NCBI GenBank assembly: GCA_965204755.1
Contig: OZ242011.1
Span: forward strand, 2,880,001-2,944,000
DNA length: 64,000 nt
Direction: 5' to 3'
From: Candidatus Marinacidobacterium sp.
GTDB taxonomy: Bacteria > Acidobacteriota > Vicinamibacteria > Marinacidobacterales > Marinacidobacteraceae
The notes under the pieces are model-generated. The model saw only the letters and a program-made list of their open reading frames with translations, was not told the origin of the DNA and ran no database searches. The translations under genes were made by a program, and so were the position numbers. Position 1 is the first letter of the stretch. The number at the start of each line of letters is the position of its first letter. Positions 29,379-37,704 of this stretch are shown here, one piece after another.

Positions 29379-30431
29379 GTGACGACGGGCGGCGCCGGGG
29401 CCGGGCACAGCCGGACGCAAGTGGACCGCGCCGGTGAGGTCTTGAGGGCGGACTCCGCAGCCCCGGCCGATCGGGCCCGAGCCCGCGCGATCGTCGGTGA
29501 CTGGCGGGCGCAGCACCGCACGCCTCTCGTGGATGTCCGCACGCTGCTCTACCAGCGGATGCGCCGCGCCGCGGCCAACGGCTTCGTGGCGCAGCGACTG
29601 AAGCGGCTCTCCTCCGTGGAAGCGAAACTGCGGCGCTTTCCGAACATGAGACTTTCCCGGATGCAGGACATCGGCGGCTGCCGGGCCGTCGTGTCGTCGG
29701 TAGGTGAAGTGGAGGCGCTGGATCGCATCTGCCGGGAAGGGAAGCAGGCGCACGAACTCTCCGCCGCGCGGGACTACCTGACGAAGCCGAAGGAAGACGG
29801 GTACCGGGGGGTGCATCTGGTCTATCGGTTCCGCTCCCAAACGGCCGAGAGGAGTGTGTGGAACGGCTTGCGAATCGAGATACAGATCCGCTCGCTGCTG
29901 CAGCACGCTTGGGCGACGGCAGTGGAAACCGTGGATGTGTTGCGGGAGACACGACTCAAGGTCGGCGGCCCCGGAAACGGCGACTGGAAGCGCTTCTTTG
30001 CCTTGATGGGGACTGTCCACGCCTTCGAAGAGGGGCTCGCGCCGGTCCCGGAGACACCGGTGGCGCTCGCCGCCGTCCGTTCGGAGGTGCGCGAACTGGC
30101 CGACCGGCTGGGCGCTCGCGATGTCCTGATCGGACTCGCCGGGATCATTGGGGAAGTGGCGAAGGGAAGCGGTTGGGCTCTCCTCCGGCTCGATGCCTCG
30201 GCTCGCCAAGTCACGGGTAGGCGGTACTCGACGAGCCGGTTTGAGCAAGCGCAGCGGGACTACCTGCGTCTGGAAGAAGAGCACGAAGGCAACCCTGCGA
30301 TCCAGGTCTGCCTCGTTTCGACGGACTCCGCCGAGACGCTGCGCCGGGCGTACCCCAACTACTTCCTCGATGTGCGCCTCTTTGTGGAGTCGCTTCGCCT
30401 GTTCCTGGGAACGTCGTCGCCGTCGGAGTGA
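29379..30431 (+). CDS. capRel: RelA/SpoT small alarmone synthetase, fused CapRel-like toxin-antitoxin
   Basis: RLKRLSS, MQDIGGCR, GYRGVH, EIQIRSLLQHAWATAVE, C-terminal AYPNYFLD; GTG 9 nt after TACAAT. Confidence 0.8.
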   Translation: MTTGGAGAGHSRTQVDRAGEVLRADSAAPADRARARAIVGDWRAQHRTPLVDVRTLLYQRMRRAAANGFVAQRLKRLSSVEAKLRRFPNMRLSRMQDIGGCRAVVSSVGEVEALDRICREGKQAHELSAARDYLTKPKEDGYRGVHLVYRFRSQTAERSVWNGLRIEIQIRSLLQHAWATAVETVDVLRETRLKVGGPGNGDWKRFFALMGTVHAFEEGLAPVPETPVALAAVRSEVRELADRLGARDVLIGLAGIIGEVAKGSGWALLRLDASARQVTGRRYSTSRFEQAQRDYLRLEEEHEGNPAIQVCLVSTDSAETLRRAYPNYFLDVRLFVESLRLFLGTSSPSE

Positions 30432-30476
30432 CGGCGGCGCTACCGGCGGTGATCGGGCGGCGCAGCGCGCGAAGCG

Positions 30477-30635
30477 CTATTCCACCTTCACGGCGAGGTG
30501 GCGAAACTCGCCGCATGATTCTGCCGTGGCGAGTCCGGAACGCGGCGAACGCGTTCAGGTCGTGGTGGCGGTCGCAGTGGACCGCCGTTTCAAGAGACCG
30601 GACTCAGAGTCGGTGCTCCCGGAAGCGGGCACGAG
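30477..30635 (-). pseudogene. Relic fragments of the neighbouring nuclease and DUF3810 genes
   Basis: GEFRHLAVKVE* matches GEFRYLAVTVE* (31315); DLNAFAAFRTRHG resembles DLDALNEFWARHR (DUF3810). Confidence 0.55.
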
Positions 30636-30707
30636 AGGGCTTCTCTGTGCTGATGGTGACCGTCCTTGCGTTCGGAAGAGGGGCTCTCGATGGTTTTTGG
30701 AGACGGG

Positions 30708-31220
30708 TCATCGGGAGCACCGGGTCGTCCGATAGGCGTCGGCGAACTCGGTCAGATCGAACCCATAGATTGCCGACCCCCAGTGCTCGCTCTCAATCTG
30801 GATGGAGACGAACTCGTGATCCAACATCCGAGCGATGACCGCCCCGGAGTCGTCCACATCGACAACCCTTGTCGATTCGCTATGTCCCCGCATCATCAAG
30901 TCTTCGGTCGGCTCCTCGTCGAACCTCCACCGGACGATCTGAAAGTTGTCACCGGGGAGAATCTGGGCGGAGAGCGAGAAGAAGATGGCCGGGTGGGAGC
31001 CTGAGGCCGAGTCATAGCAGATGACGGACAGTTCCGCTCCAGTGCGGTTGAACGGGGACTGGAACCCATAGCCTTGCAAAGGCCCCGGCTGGTCAGTCGT
31101 CACTGACTCGGGTTGGGGCAAACCCATCGGATCGGTGCTCTCTGGCGTGAACTCCCACTGCCCGAAAGGGTGTGAGGAAGACGCGGTCAGCAAGACCGCC
31201 GCGGTCAGAAAGTGCTTCAT
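30708..31220 (-). CDS. Hypothetical secreted protein
   Basis: 170 aa, AGGAAGG RBS, N-terminal signal-like MKHFLTAAVLL, coding-like composition. Confidence 0.7.
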   Translation of the reverse strand: MKHFLTAAVLLTASSSHPFGQWEFTPESTDPMGLPQPESVTTDQPGPLQGYGFQSPFNRTGAELSVICYDSASGSHPAIFFSLSAQILPGDNFQIVRWRFDEEPTEDLMMRGHSESTRVVDVDDSGAVIARMLDHEFVSIQIESEHWGSAIYGFDLTEFADAYRTTRCSR

Positions 31221-31314
31221 GGGATCCCCTTCCTTGTCTTGGGAAAAACCCTTGATTGAGGAGGCGGGGGTAAGTGGACGATGGCGGCGGTCGAGCGCCG
31301 CCGCATGCGACGCG

Positions 31315-31935
31315 CTACTCCACCGTCACGGCGAGGTAGCGGAACTCGCCATACTTGCCGGGCAGCATGGAGTAGCGCTTCCAATGCAGGCGGTACTGCT
31401 TTCGGAGCACGAGCGAACGCTCTCGTCCCTTGGTCGTGCCTCTGCCGAGATCGCGCCACTCCATCGTACCCTCAAGGTGCCGGCCCTCGTGAAGTCGGAA
31501 TGCCTCATCCAGGGTCTCCCGTTGTCCGGGTTGCCAGTAGAGGTGATCGTTAGTCAGAAAGACGGCGTATCCGGGCGCCGACGCGCAGCCCTGCGACATG
31601 AGTTCCTCGATTCGCATGAGGTCGGCGATGAAGTCATAGCGACGGAGATCGTTCGCCGCCTGTTTCTTCAAGGCGAATGTTTCTCCATCGTGTTCGACAC
31701 TCAGGTCGCGGTTGCAGTATTTCAACTCCATCGCAGTGCGCGAGGTCGGCAGCCAGATGTCCAAGTACCGGGTCTTGTCGTCGCGCCGGAACGGCTTTTC
31801 CAGTCGGACTCCGCAGTCGGGCCACATCTCGGAGATCCGCCAAGCCAGCGCGAACTGGAAATCCGCCTCCGAATGGAAGATCGGCCGCTCCTTCGCCAAC
31901 TCCGCCATCACGCGGTGGATATCCAACCCCGCCAT
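31315..31935 (-). CDS. Hypothetical protein, PD-(D/E)XK nuclease-like
   Basis: HSEADFQ...YLDIW...MELKY fits the E...D...ExK pattern; start MAGLDI. Confidence 0.65.
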   Translation of the reverse strand: MAGLDIHRVMAELAKERPIFHSEADFQFALAWRISEMWPDCGVRLEKPFRRDDKTRYLDIWLPTSRTAMELKYCNRDLSVEHDGETFALKKQAANDLRRYDFIADLMRIEELMSQGCASAPGYAVFLTNDHLYWQPGQRETLDEAFRLHEGRHLEGTMEWRDLGRGTTKGRERSLVLRKQYRLHWKRYSMLPGKYGEFRYLAVTVE

Positions 31936-31943
31936 CGAACCCG

Positions 31944-33191
31944 TCAACCCTCCCCGTCGACGCCCGTAGCCACCCCGCGCGTCGGCGCCGGGCGGCGGCG
32001 GAGGTCGCCGACCAGCATGCGCACCACCGTGCCGTAACTCTCCGCCCCGTCCGGGACGCGCATGGTGCGGAGGTAGGAGTCGTTCACCCGGCGGGCCGCG
32101 CCCCGGACGACTCCCCGGTGGCGCGCCCAGAACTCGTTGAGCGCGTCCAGGTCCCGGCGCGGGCCGGGGCCGAGCGCCGCCCAGGCCCGTTCCCGCGCCG
32201 GGGCGTCGGCGTGTCGGGACGCGGCCAGCAAGTGCCGGGAAGCGAAGAACGAAGCCGCGTAGCGCAGGTAGGGATGGCGCCGGCCGCGCGACAGCGCGAG
32301 CCAGGCGACGAAACTCGCTTCGCCTTCGTGGGTCACCGCCCGCTGGTGCGCCTTCTCGTGCGCCGCGGTGAAGGCGACCGCCACATCCGGCGGCTGCGTG
32401 TTCACCGTCGGCTCCCCGGTGAACGGGACGAAGATCCCGCTGACGCCCATCCGCGACATCAGCGAGGAGAACACCGCCGGCTTGACCGGCGCCGCCGCGC
32501 GGGGGGCCGGGTCGCCGGGAAGGCCGAGTTCGTCGTAGGCGGCATCGATCTCCCGGCTCAGCGCGGCGAGGTCGAGCGGGTTCCGGGAGACCCGGTCGGT
32601 CGGCAGACGGGCGCGGCGATGGTCGCGGGTGGTCTCCGCGGCCATGCGGCGGGCCAGCCGCGCCACCTCGGCCGGCCCGATCCCGTCGGTCGGGAGTCCG
32701 AGCCGGTGCTCCAGCCGGGGGCGGCTGTAGTTGAGGCCCCAGACCAGCAGGAACGCCGCGTAGAGCGTCCCGGTGCCGGCGACGGCCACCGCGGCCAGCC
32801 AGCCCAGCCGCCGCCAGGCGCCGCGGGGCCCGGCTCGTCCGGCGGCCTCCGGCGCGGCGGGGTCCCCGACCGCTTCCCGCTGCCGGAACCGGCGAACCAG
32901 CCGCCAGACCCGCCGGCCGACGACGAACACCGCCGCCCCTCCGACCAGCAACTCGGCGACCGAGAACGGGACCGCGCCGCTGACCCGGGCGAACGCCCCG
33001 ATGACCCACGGATAGACGCCGCCGGTGTACGCCGCTTCCACCCGCTCCGGCCAAGCCGCGCCGAGCCGGAACACCGCGGCGCCGAGCAGTCCGGCGAGCG
33101 TCCCGAACAGGACGAACCGCCGACGCGCCAGCCGCCGTGCGAAGCGGAGGGCGCCCCGGAAACGGTCGGCTCGCGCGCGCTCGCTGCTCAT
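31944..33191 (-). CDS. DUF3810-like membrane zinc metalloprotease
   Basis: TM helices, WGLNYSR, SGIFVPFTGE, HEKAH...EGEA zincin motif. Confidence 0.8.
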   Translation of the reverse strand: MSSERARADRFRGALRFARRLARRRFVLFGTLAGLLGAAVFRLGAAWPERVEAAYTGGVYPWVIGAFARVSGAVPFSVAELLVGGAAVFVVGRRVWRLVRRFRQREAVGDPAAPEAAGRAGPRGAWRRLGWLAAVAVAGTGTLYAAFLLVWGLNYSRPRLEHRLGLPTDGIGPAEVARLARRMAAETTRDHRRARLPTDRVSRNPLDLAALSREIDAAYDELGLPGDPAPRAAAPVKPAVFSSLMSRMGVSGIFVPFTGEPTVNTQPPDVAVAFTAAHEKAHQRAVTHEGEASFVAWLALSRGRRHPYLRYAASFFASRHLLAASRHADAPARERAWAALGPGPRRDLDALNEFWARHRGVVRGAARRVNDSYLRTMRVPDGAESYGTVVRMLVGDLRRRPAPTRGVATGVDGEG

Positions 33192-33276
33192 CGGCCCCCT
33201 TCCCGATCCCCCCGCGAACTGTAAACGGGAGCGTTCCGGCGCCGGCCCCGCCGCGCCCGGCCGACCGCTCCCGGAG

Positions 33277-33939
33277 TCAGCCGGTCCCCGGCGAACCGGC
33301 GCCGAACGCGGCGAGGCCCCGGTGGAGATACCGCTCCGCGGTCCGGTCGAAGCCGACGCCGGGAGCGACCAGGGCGCGGCGGCTCAGGTTGGCCGCCATC
33401 AGCCCGGTCCGGGTGTGCGGGCAGTCCGGGGCGATGGTGTGGAGGAGTTCGTGGGCGAGCACCCGTCCGAGGGCCGTGCCGAGCCGCGCCGCCCGCCGGC
33501 CGGCGACGGCGTTCGCCTCGCGCGGCGCTCCCCGCCAACCCAGCGCCCGCTTCGCCGCGTCGACGGACAGGAACACCGACCGGCGCTCGCCCGGCGCGCC
33601 GACGGCGACGCCCAGCGCGCGGGGTTCGACCCGCCAGTTCGTCGGGAGTTCCGGGTAGAGGGTCGCCGGGATGACCCGGCGGCCGCCGCGCGTCACGAAC
33701 TCGACGGAGGCGCCGCTGCGACCGAAGGCCTCGGCGGCTTCGGACTGCAGTCGGTTCCTCACCGGCCGCGAGAGCAGGCGGTAGGGGTCGTAGAGCCGCA
33801 CCAGAAGCGCCGGCGCGGGCGCCGGGAACGCCTGCGCCCGGCCGCCGGCGCCGGCGGGGCCGGGCGCCCCCCGGACGAGTCCCGGCCCGGTCGCCGCGAA
33901 CGCGAGCAGGAGGGCCAGAGTGCGTGTCTCGAGCCGCAT
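33277..33939 (-). CDS. Secreted zincin-like hypothetical protein (paralog A)
   Basis: Signal peptide; GRVLAHELLH...HTRTGLM. Confidence 0.7.
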   Translation of the reverse strand: MRLETRTLALLLAFAATGPGLVRGAPGPAGAGGRAQAFPAPAPALLVRLYDPYRLLSRPVRNRLQSEAAEAFGRSGASVEFVTRGGRRVIPATLYPELPTNWRVEPRALGVAVGAPGERRSVFLSVDAAKRALGWRGAPREANAVAGRRAARLGTALGRVLAHELLHTIAPDCPHTRTGLMAANLSRRALVAPGVGFDRTAERYLHRGLAAFGAGSPGTG

Positions 33940-33949
33940 GACCCGCTCG

Positions 33950-33973
33950 AACGGATCCCGCGCCGCCCGGTTC
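33950..33973 (-). promoter_or_regulatory. Putative ECF sigma promoter GAAC-N16-CGTT
   Basis: Same spacing and same 10-nt distance to ATG as at 36244-36267. Confidence 0.6.
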
Positions 33974-34166
33974 GGAATTCTCCGGAATCCACGGTTTTCG
34001 CCGGTGTTTCGTGAATCGGCGGTTCAGTTCTTCGAATTCCCGGAGTTCGGGGCGGTTCCGCTCGCCCGCGGGCGGCCGTGGTTACGATCCCGCCCCCGGC
34101 GGCCCGAGGCGTTTCGGCTCGCCTCCGCCGACCCGGCGGCCCTTCCCGACGAGGAGAAGTCGAGAC

Positions 34167-34631
34167 ATGGCGTCGATCCAGCGCATCCATCCCTTCCTGT
34201 GGTTCGACGGCCGCGCCGAAGAAGCCGCCCGCTTCTATGTGGAAGCGTTCGGCGGGGACTCGGCGGTCACGAATGTGCTGAGGATCCCGGTGGGGCCGGT
34301 GGCCGGGAATGTCCTGGTGGACTTCCGGCTGGACGGGCAGGCGTTCACCGCCGTGGACGGCGGCCCGGTGTTCTCTTTCACCCCGGCGATCTCGCTGGTC
34401 GTCTCCTGCGAGACTCAGGCGGAGATCGACCGCTACTGGGAGCGCCTGTCCGACGGCGGGCGCGGCGACATGTGCGGCTGGGTCCACGACCGCTTCGGCG
34501 TCTCCTGGCAGGTGCTGCCGGCGCGGCTGAACGAGTGGGCCACCGCCGCGCCCGAACCGGTGATGGAGGCGTTCCTGGCGATGATGAAGATCGACCTGGA
34601 ACGCCTCCGCCAACTGTCCGGCGCGGGCTGA
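34167..34631 (+). CDS. VOC family (PhnB / 3-demethylubiquinone-9 3-methyltransferase-like) protein
   Basis: PFLWFDG, FTPAISL, CGWVHDRFGVSWQV, MMKID; AGGAG RBS. Confidence 0.88.
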   Translation: MASIQRIHPFLWFDGRAEEAARFYVEAFGGDSAVTNVLRIPVGPVAGNVLVDFRLDGQAFTAVDGGPVFSFTPAISLVVSCETQAEIDRYWERLSDGGRGDMCGWVHDRFGVSWQVLPARLNEWATAAPEPVMEAFLAMMKIDLERLRQLSGAG

Positions 34632-34693
34632 CCCGGCGGGGGCGGACGCGCTCGCCGGTCGCGGCGCGGGTCGAGGGGCACGGGGATCGATTG

Positions 34694-35422
34694 ATGGCGC
34701 GAGCCACCGAGGCGATCGGGTCGGTGGAAGGGTCGCTCGAAGGTGTGACGATCCGCGGCAAGAAGGCGCTCGTCGTGTGCGACACGATCACCGGTCGGCG
34801 AATCGAGTGTGTTTGCGCCGACCGCGCGATCGCGGAGAGCGCTGGGGATTTCCTGGGAGAAGTCGTGTGCGTCCGGGGCCGGGTGCGCTACGGCCCCGAC
34901 GGGCGCCCCACTTCGGTTGCGGCCGCTTCCTTCCGTCGGTTGGGAGGCGAAGCCCGCGTGCAGCCCGAAGACCTGCGCGGACTCTTCGCCGACGACCCGG
35001 TCAATCTGGAGGAATGGGCCCGCTATCAGCCCGTGGAAAAAGCGCCCCGCCGTCCATTCCCCGACGCGAGGGCGCCAAGTCCGCGTTCGGTAGTGCGGCG
35101 GGGCGCTCTTCCCACGGGCCGGCGGCGCGAATCGCTGCGCGATTCCCCCCGCCATCTATCGCGGGGAGGGGGCCGCCCCCTCCCCGCACCCCTCCCCGGT
35201 CGGCGCTTCGCGCCGACGGGGGCTCTCCGGACTTTCTCCACGGGCGGCGTCAGGCGAAGAACGCCGGCGGGCGGCATCGGGCGGCGAAGCGCAGCGCGCG
35301 CCGCAGCGGCTCGCTCCGCCGCTACGGCGCGTCCGGAGCGGTGCGGCCGCCTCCGTAGGCGGCGGCGCCCCGGCGCAGGTAGGCGCGGGCGATCTCGTCG
35401 AAGTCCGCTTCGGGGGAGGTGA
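34694..35422 (+). CDS. Hypothetical protein whose 3' end runs into the MITE
   Basis: ~110 coding-like codons (GSVEGSLEGV...VRGRVRY), then reads through the element; true end uncertain. Confidence 0.45.
   Translation: MARATEAIGSVEGSLEGVTIRGKKALVVCDTITGRRIECVCADRAIAESAGDFLGEVVCVRGRVRYGPDGRPTSVAAASFRRLGGEARVQPEDLRGLFADDPVNLEEWARYQPVEKAPRRPFPDARAPSPRSVVRRGALPTGRRRESLRDSPRHLSRGGGRPLPAPLPGRRFAPTGALRTFSTGGVRRRTPAGGIGRRSAARAAAARSAATARPERCGRLRRRRRPGAGRRGRSRRSPLRGR
35027..35247. mobile_element. 221-bp MITE-like element, copy 2
   Basis: TIRs CAGCCCGTGGAAAAAG ... CTTTCTCCACGGGCGG; inverted homolog of 2017-2237. Confidence 0.75.
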
Positions 35423-36233
35423 GCATCCAGCGGGTCAGCCGGGCGGACATCAGCCCGCTCCCGGTGTGGGGGCAGTCCGGGGCGATGGCGTGGACGAGTT
35501 CGTGGGCCAGCACCCGGCCGAGCGCCCGGCCGAACCGGATGGCCGCCGGCCCCTCTTTCGGGCCCGCCCTCCGCCCCCCGGCGCCGGGCCAGCCGAGAGC
35601 GCGGCCGATGGCGCCGACCGACAGGAAGATGGACCTCGGCCCTTCCGGATCGCCCACCGCCACTCCGAGCGCTCCCCGCGCCACCTTCCAGTTCCGGGGG
35701 ATCTCCGGGTAGAGCGTCGCCGGGACGATGGGCGGGCCGCCGCCGCTCGTGACGAATCGAATCCGGGCGCCGCTTCTCCGGAACGCCGCGGCCGCCTCTT
35801 CCCGCAGCCGGTCGAGGGCTTCGTCGGAGAGCAGGTGCTCCGGGTTGTGCAGCCGCACGAGGATGGAGGGCGGGCCGGCCTCGGGCGCCGCGCCGCCGTC
35901 CGTCCGCGAGTCCGGGGCGGGACGGGCCCACCACGGGAGCCGCCGGATGGCGAGATGCGGAACGCTCGTCGAGGGCGCGCGCCGTCGGCCGGCGGCGGCG
36001 AGTCGCCGGGGCGGGCGGCCCGGCGGCGCGAACGCGGCCCGGCCGTCCGGGGCGTTCGGCGCCCGCGCCGCGTCCGGGTGTTCGACCGCGCCGCGGGGGC
36101 CGGGTTCGGGAAATCCAGCGCCAGCGGCGGATAGGGGAGGTTCGGCGCGCTCGGGGGCCGGGCGCGCCGGGGAGCCGGAGGCGGCGGCCGCGAACAGCAG
36201 CAGGCCGACTCCGGCGTGGAGGGCGAAATGCAT
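35322..36233 (-). CDS. Secreted zincin-like hypothetical protein (paralog B)
   Basis: Start MHFALHAG, signal peptide; GRVLAHELVH...HTGSGLM; clear paralog of 33277-33939. Confidence 0.7.
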   Translation of the reverse strand: MHFALHAGVGLLLFAAAASGSPARPAPERAEPPLSAAGAGFPEPGPRGAVEHPDAARAPNAPDGRAAFAPPGRPPRRLAAAGRRRAPSTSVPHLAIRRLPWWARPAPDSRTDGGAAPEAGPPSILVRLHNPEHLLSDEALDRLREEAAAAFRRSGARIRFVTSGGGPPIVPATLYPEIPRNWKVARGALGVAVGDPEGPRSIFLSVGAIGRALGWPGAGGRRAGPKEGPAAIRFGRALGRVLAHELVHAIAPDCPHTGSGLMSARLTRWMLTSPEADFDEIARAYLRRGAAAYGGGRTAPDAP

Positions 36234-36243
36234 GGCGCCGCTG

Positions 36244-36267
36244 AACGAGCCGCTTCCGACCGGGTTC
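36244..36267 (-). promoter_or_regulatory. Putative ECF sigma promoter GAAC-N16-CGTT
   Basis: Conserved with 33950-33973. Confidence 0.6.
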
Positions 36268-36402
36268 GGAATTCGTCGAATTTCGGTCGAAAAGCGGCGT
36301 TTTCTGAATTCGGCGTTCCGTTTCCTGAATCCGCCCGGCGAATTCGTCCGTCCGCGCCTCCGCCGGCGCCGCGCACGGGTACCATCGGCGGCGCCGGAAC
36401 GG

Positions 36403-37704
36403 ATGGCGGGACGCCCGAAACTGCAACCCTCCGGCCCCGCGCCCGGATCGCTCGGGAACGGCCGGTTCGACGCCGCGGTGGTGGGCGCGGGCATCGTGGG
36501 CCTGGCGGTCGCGCGCGAGTTGCAGCGGGCGGGCGGCGGGACCGGTCCCGGGGGCCGCTCCCGCAACGGCTCCCGGAACCGCTCGCTCAACCGCTCGGTC
36601 GTCGTCTTCGAGAAGGAGGACGGGATCGCCCGGCACCAGACCGGTCGGAACAGCGGCGTCATCCACTCCGGCCTCTACTACCGGCCCGGCTCCCTGCGCG
36701 CGAAGACCTGCCGCCGCGGGGTGGGGCTGCTCACCGGGTTCTGCGACCGCCGCGGCGTCCCCTACTCGCAGTGCGGCAAGGTCATCGTCGCCCGCGGCGC
36801 GGCGGAGCGGGAGCGGCTGGCCGCCCTCCTCCGCCGGGGACAGGAGAACGGCGTCCCCGGCCTGCGGCTCCTCGACCGCGCCGCTCTGCGGGAGATCGAG
36901 CCGCGCGCCGAGGGGGACGCGGCGCTCCACTCGCCGACTTCCGGCGTCGTCCGGTTCAGCGAAGTGGCGGCGGCGATCCGCCGGCGTTTCGAGGCGGCGG
37001 GCGGAACGCTGGTTACCGGGGCGCGCGTCCTCGGCGTCGCCCGGGAGCCGGACGGCGGGCTGCGCGTCCTCACCACCGCCGGGGAGGCGGTTTGCCGGCA
37101 ACTCGTGAACTGCGCCGGGCTCCACGCCGACCGCGTGGCCCGGCTCGCCGGGGACGAACCGGGGTTGGCGGTGCTGCCCTTCCGGGGCGAGTACTACCGG
37201 CTGCGCGCCGACCGGGCGGGATTGGTCCGCGGCCTGATCTACCCGGTCCCCGATCCCCGCTTCCCGTTCCTCGGCGTCCACCTCCACCGGGGGCTCGGCG
37301 GGGAGGTCGGGGCCGGGCCGAACGCCGTCCTCGCCGGGGCGCGGGAGGGGTACCGCCGCCGCGACCTCGACCGGCGCGACCTCCGCGAGATGGCGGGCTA
37401 CGCCGGGCTGCGCCGGCTCGCGCTGCGGGAGTGGCGCGCGGGCTGCGGCGAGATCGCCCGGTCGCTCTCGAAGCGGCTGTTCACTCGTCAACTGCGGCGG
37501 TTGGTCCCGGAGATTTCTGCCGCCGACCTCGAGCCGGCGCCCTCCGGCGTCCGGGCGGTGGCGGTGCTGCCGGACGGGCGGATCGCCGACGACTTCCGGG
37601 TTCTCCGGCGGGAGAACCGCGTCCATGTGCTGAACGCGCCGAGCCCGGCGGCCACCGCTTCGTTCGCCATCGCGGAACGCGTGGTTCGGCTGGCGCTGGA
37701 ATGA
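36403..37704 (+). CDS. lhgO: L-2-hydroxyglutarate oxidase
   Basis: GAGIVG, HQTGRNSGVIHSGLYY, IYPVPDPRFPFLGVH, NAPSPAAT; start uncertain. Confidence 0.9.
   Translation: MAGRPKLQPSGPAPGSLGNGRFDAAVVGAGIVGLAVARELQRAGGGTGPGGRSRNGSRNRSLNRSVVVFEKEDGIARHQTGRNSGVIHSGLYYRPGSLRAKTCRRGVGLLTGFCDRRGVPYSQCGKVIVARGAAERERLAALLRRGQENGVPGLRLLDRAALREIEPRAEGDAALHSPTSGVVRFSEVAAAIRRRFEAAGGTLVTGARVLGVAREPDGGLRVLTTAGEAVCRQLVNCAGLHADRVARLAGDEPGLAVLPFRGEYYRLRADRAGLVRGLIYPVPDPRFPFLGVHLHRGLGGEVGAGPNAVLAGAREGYRRRDLDRRDLREMAGYAGLRRLALREWRAGCGEIARSLSKRLFTRQLRRLVPEISAADLEPAPSGVRAVAVLPDGRIADDFRVLRRENRVHVLNAPSPAATASFAIAERVVRLALE

Larger units (their letters stand above)
10375..31935. other. Anti-phage defence island
   Basis: Contiguous helicase, R-M, toxSAS and nuclease genes with visibly lower GC, between pepA and the DUF3810 gene; no integrase seen. 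Confidence 0.8.

Noticed and set aside
10335-31943. Prophage or ICE as the island vehicle
   Set aside because: No integrase, tRNA attachment site, structural or conjugation genes, or clear flanking direct repeats seen.
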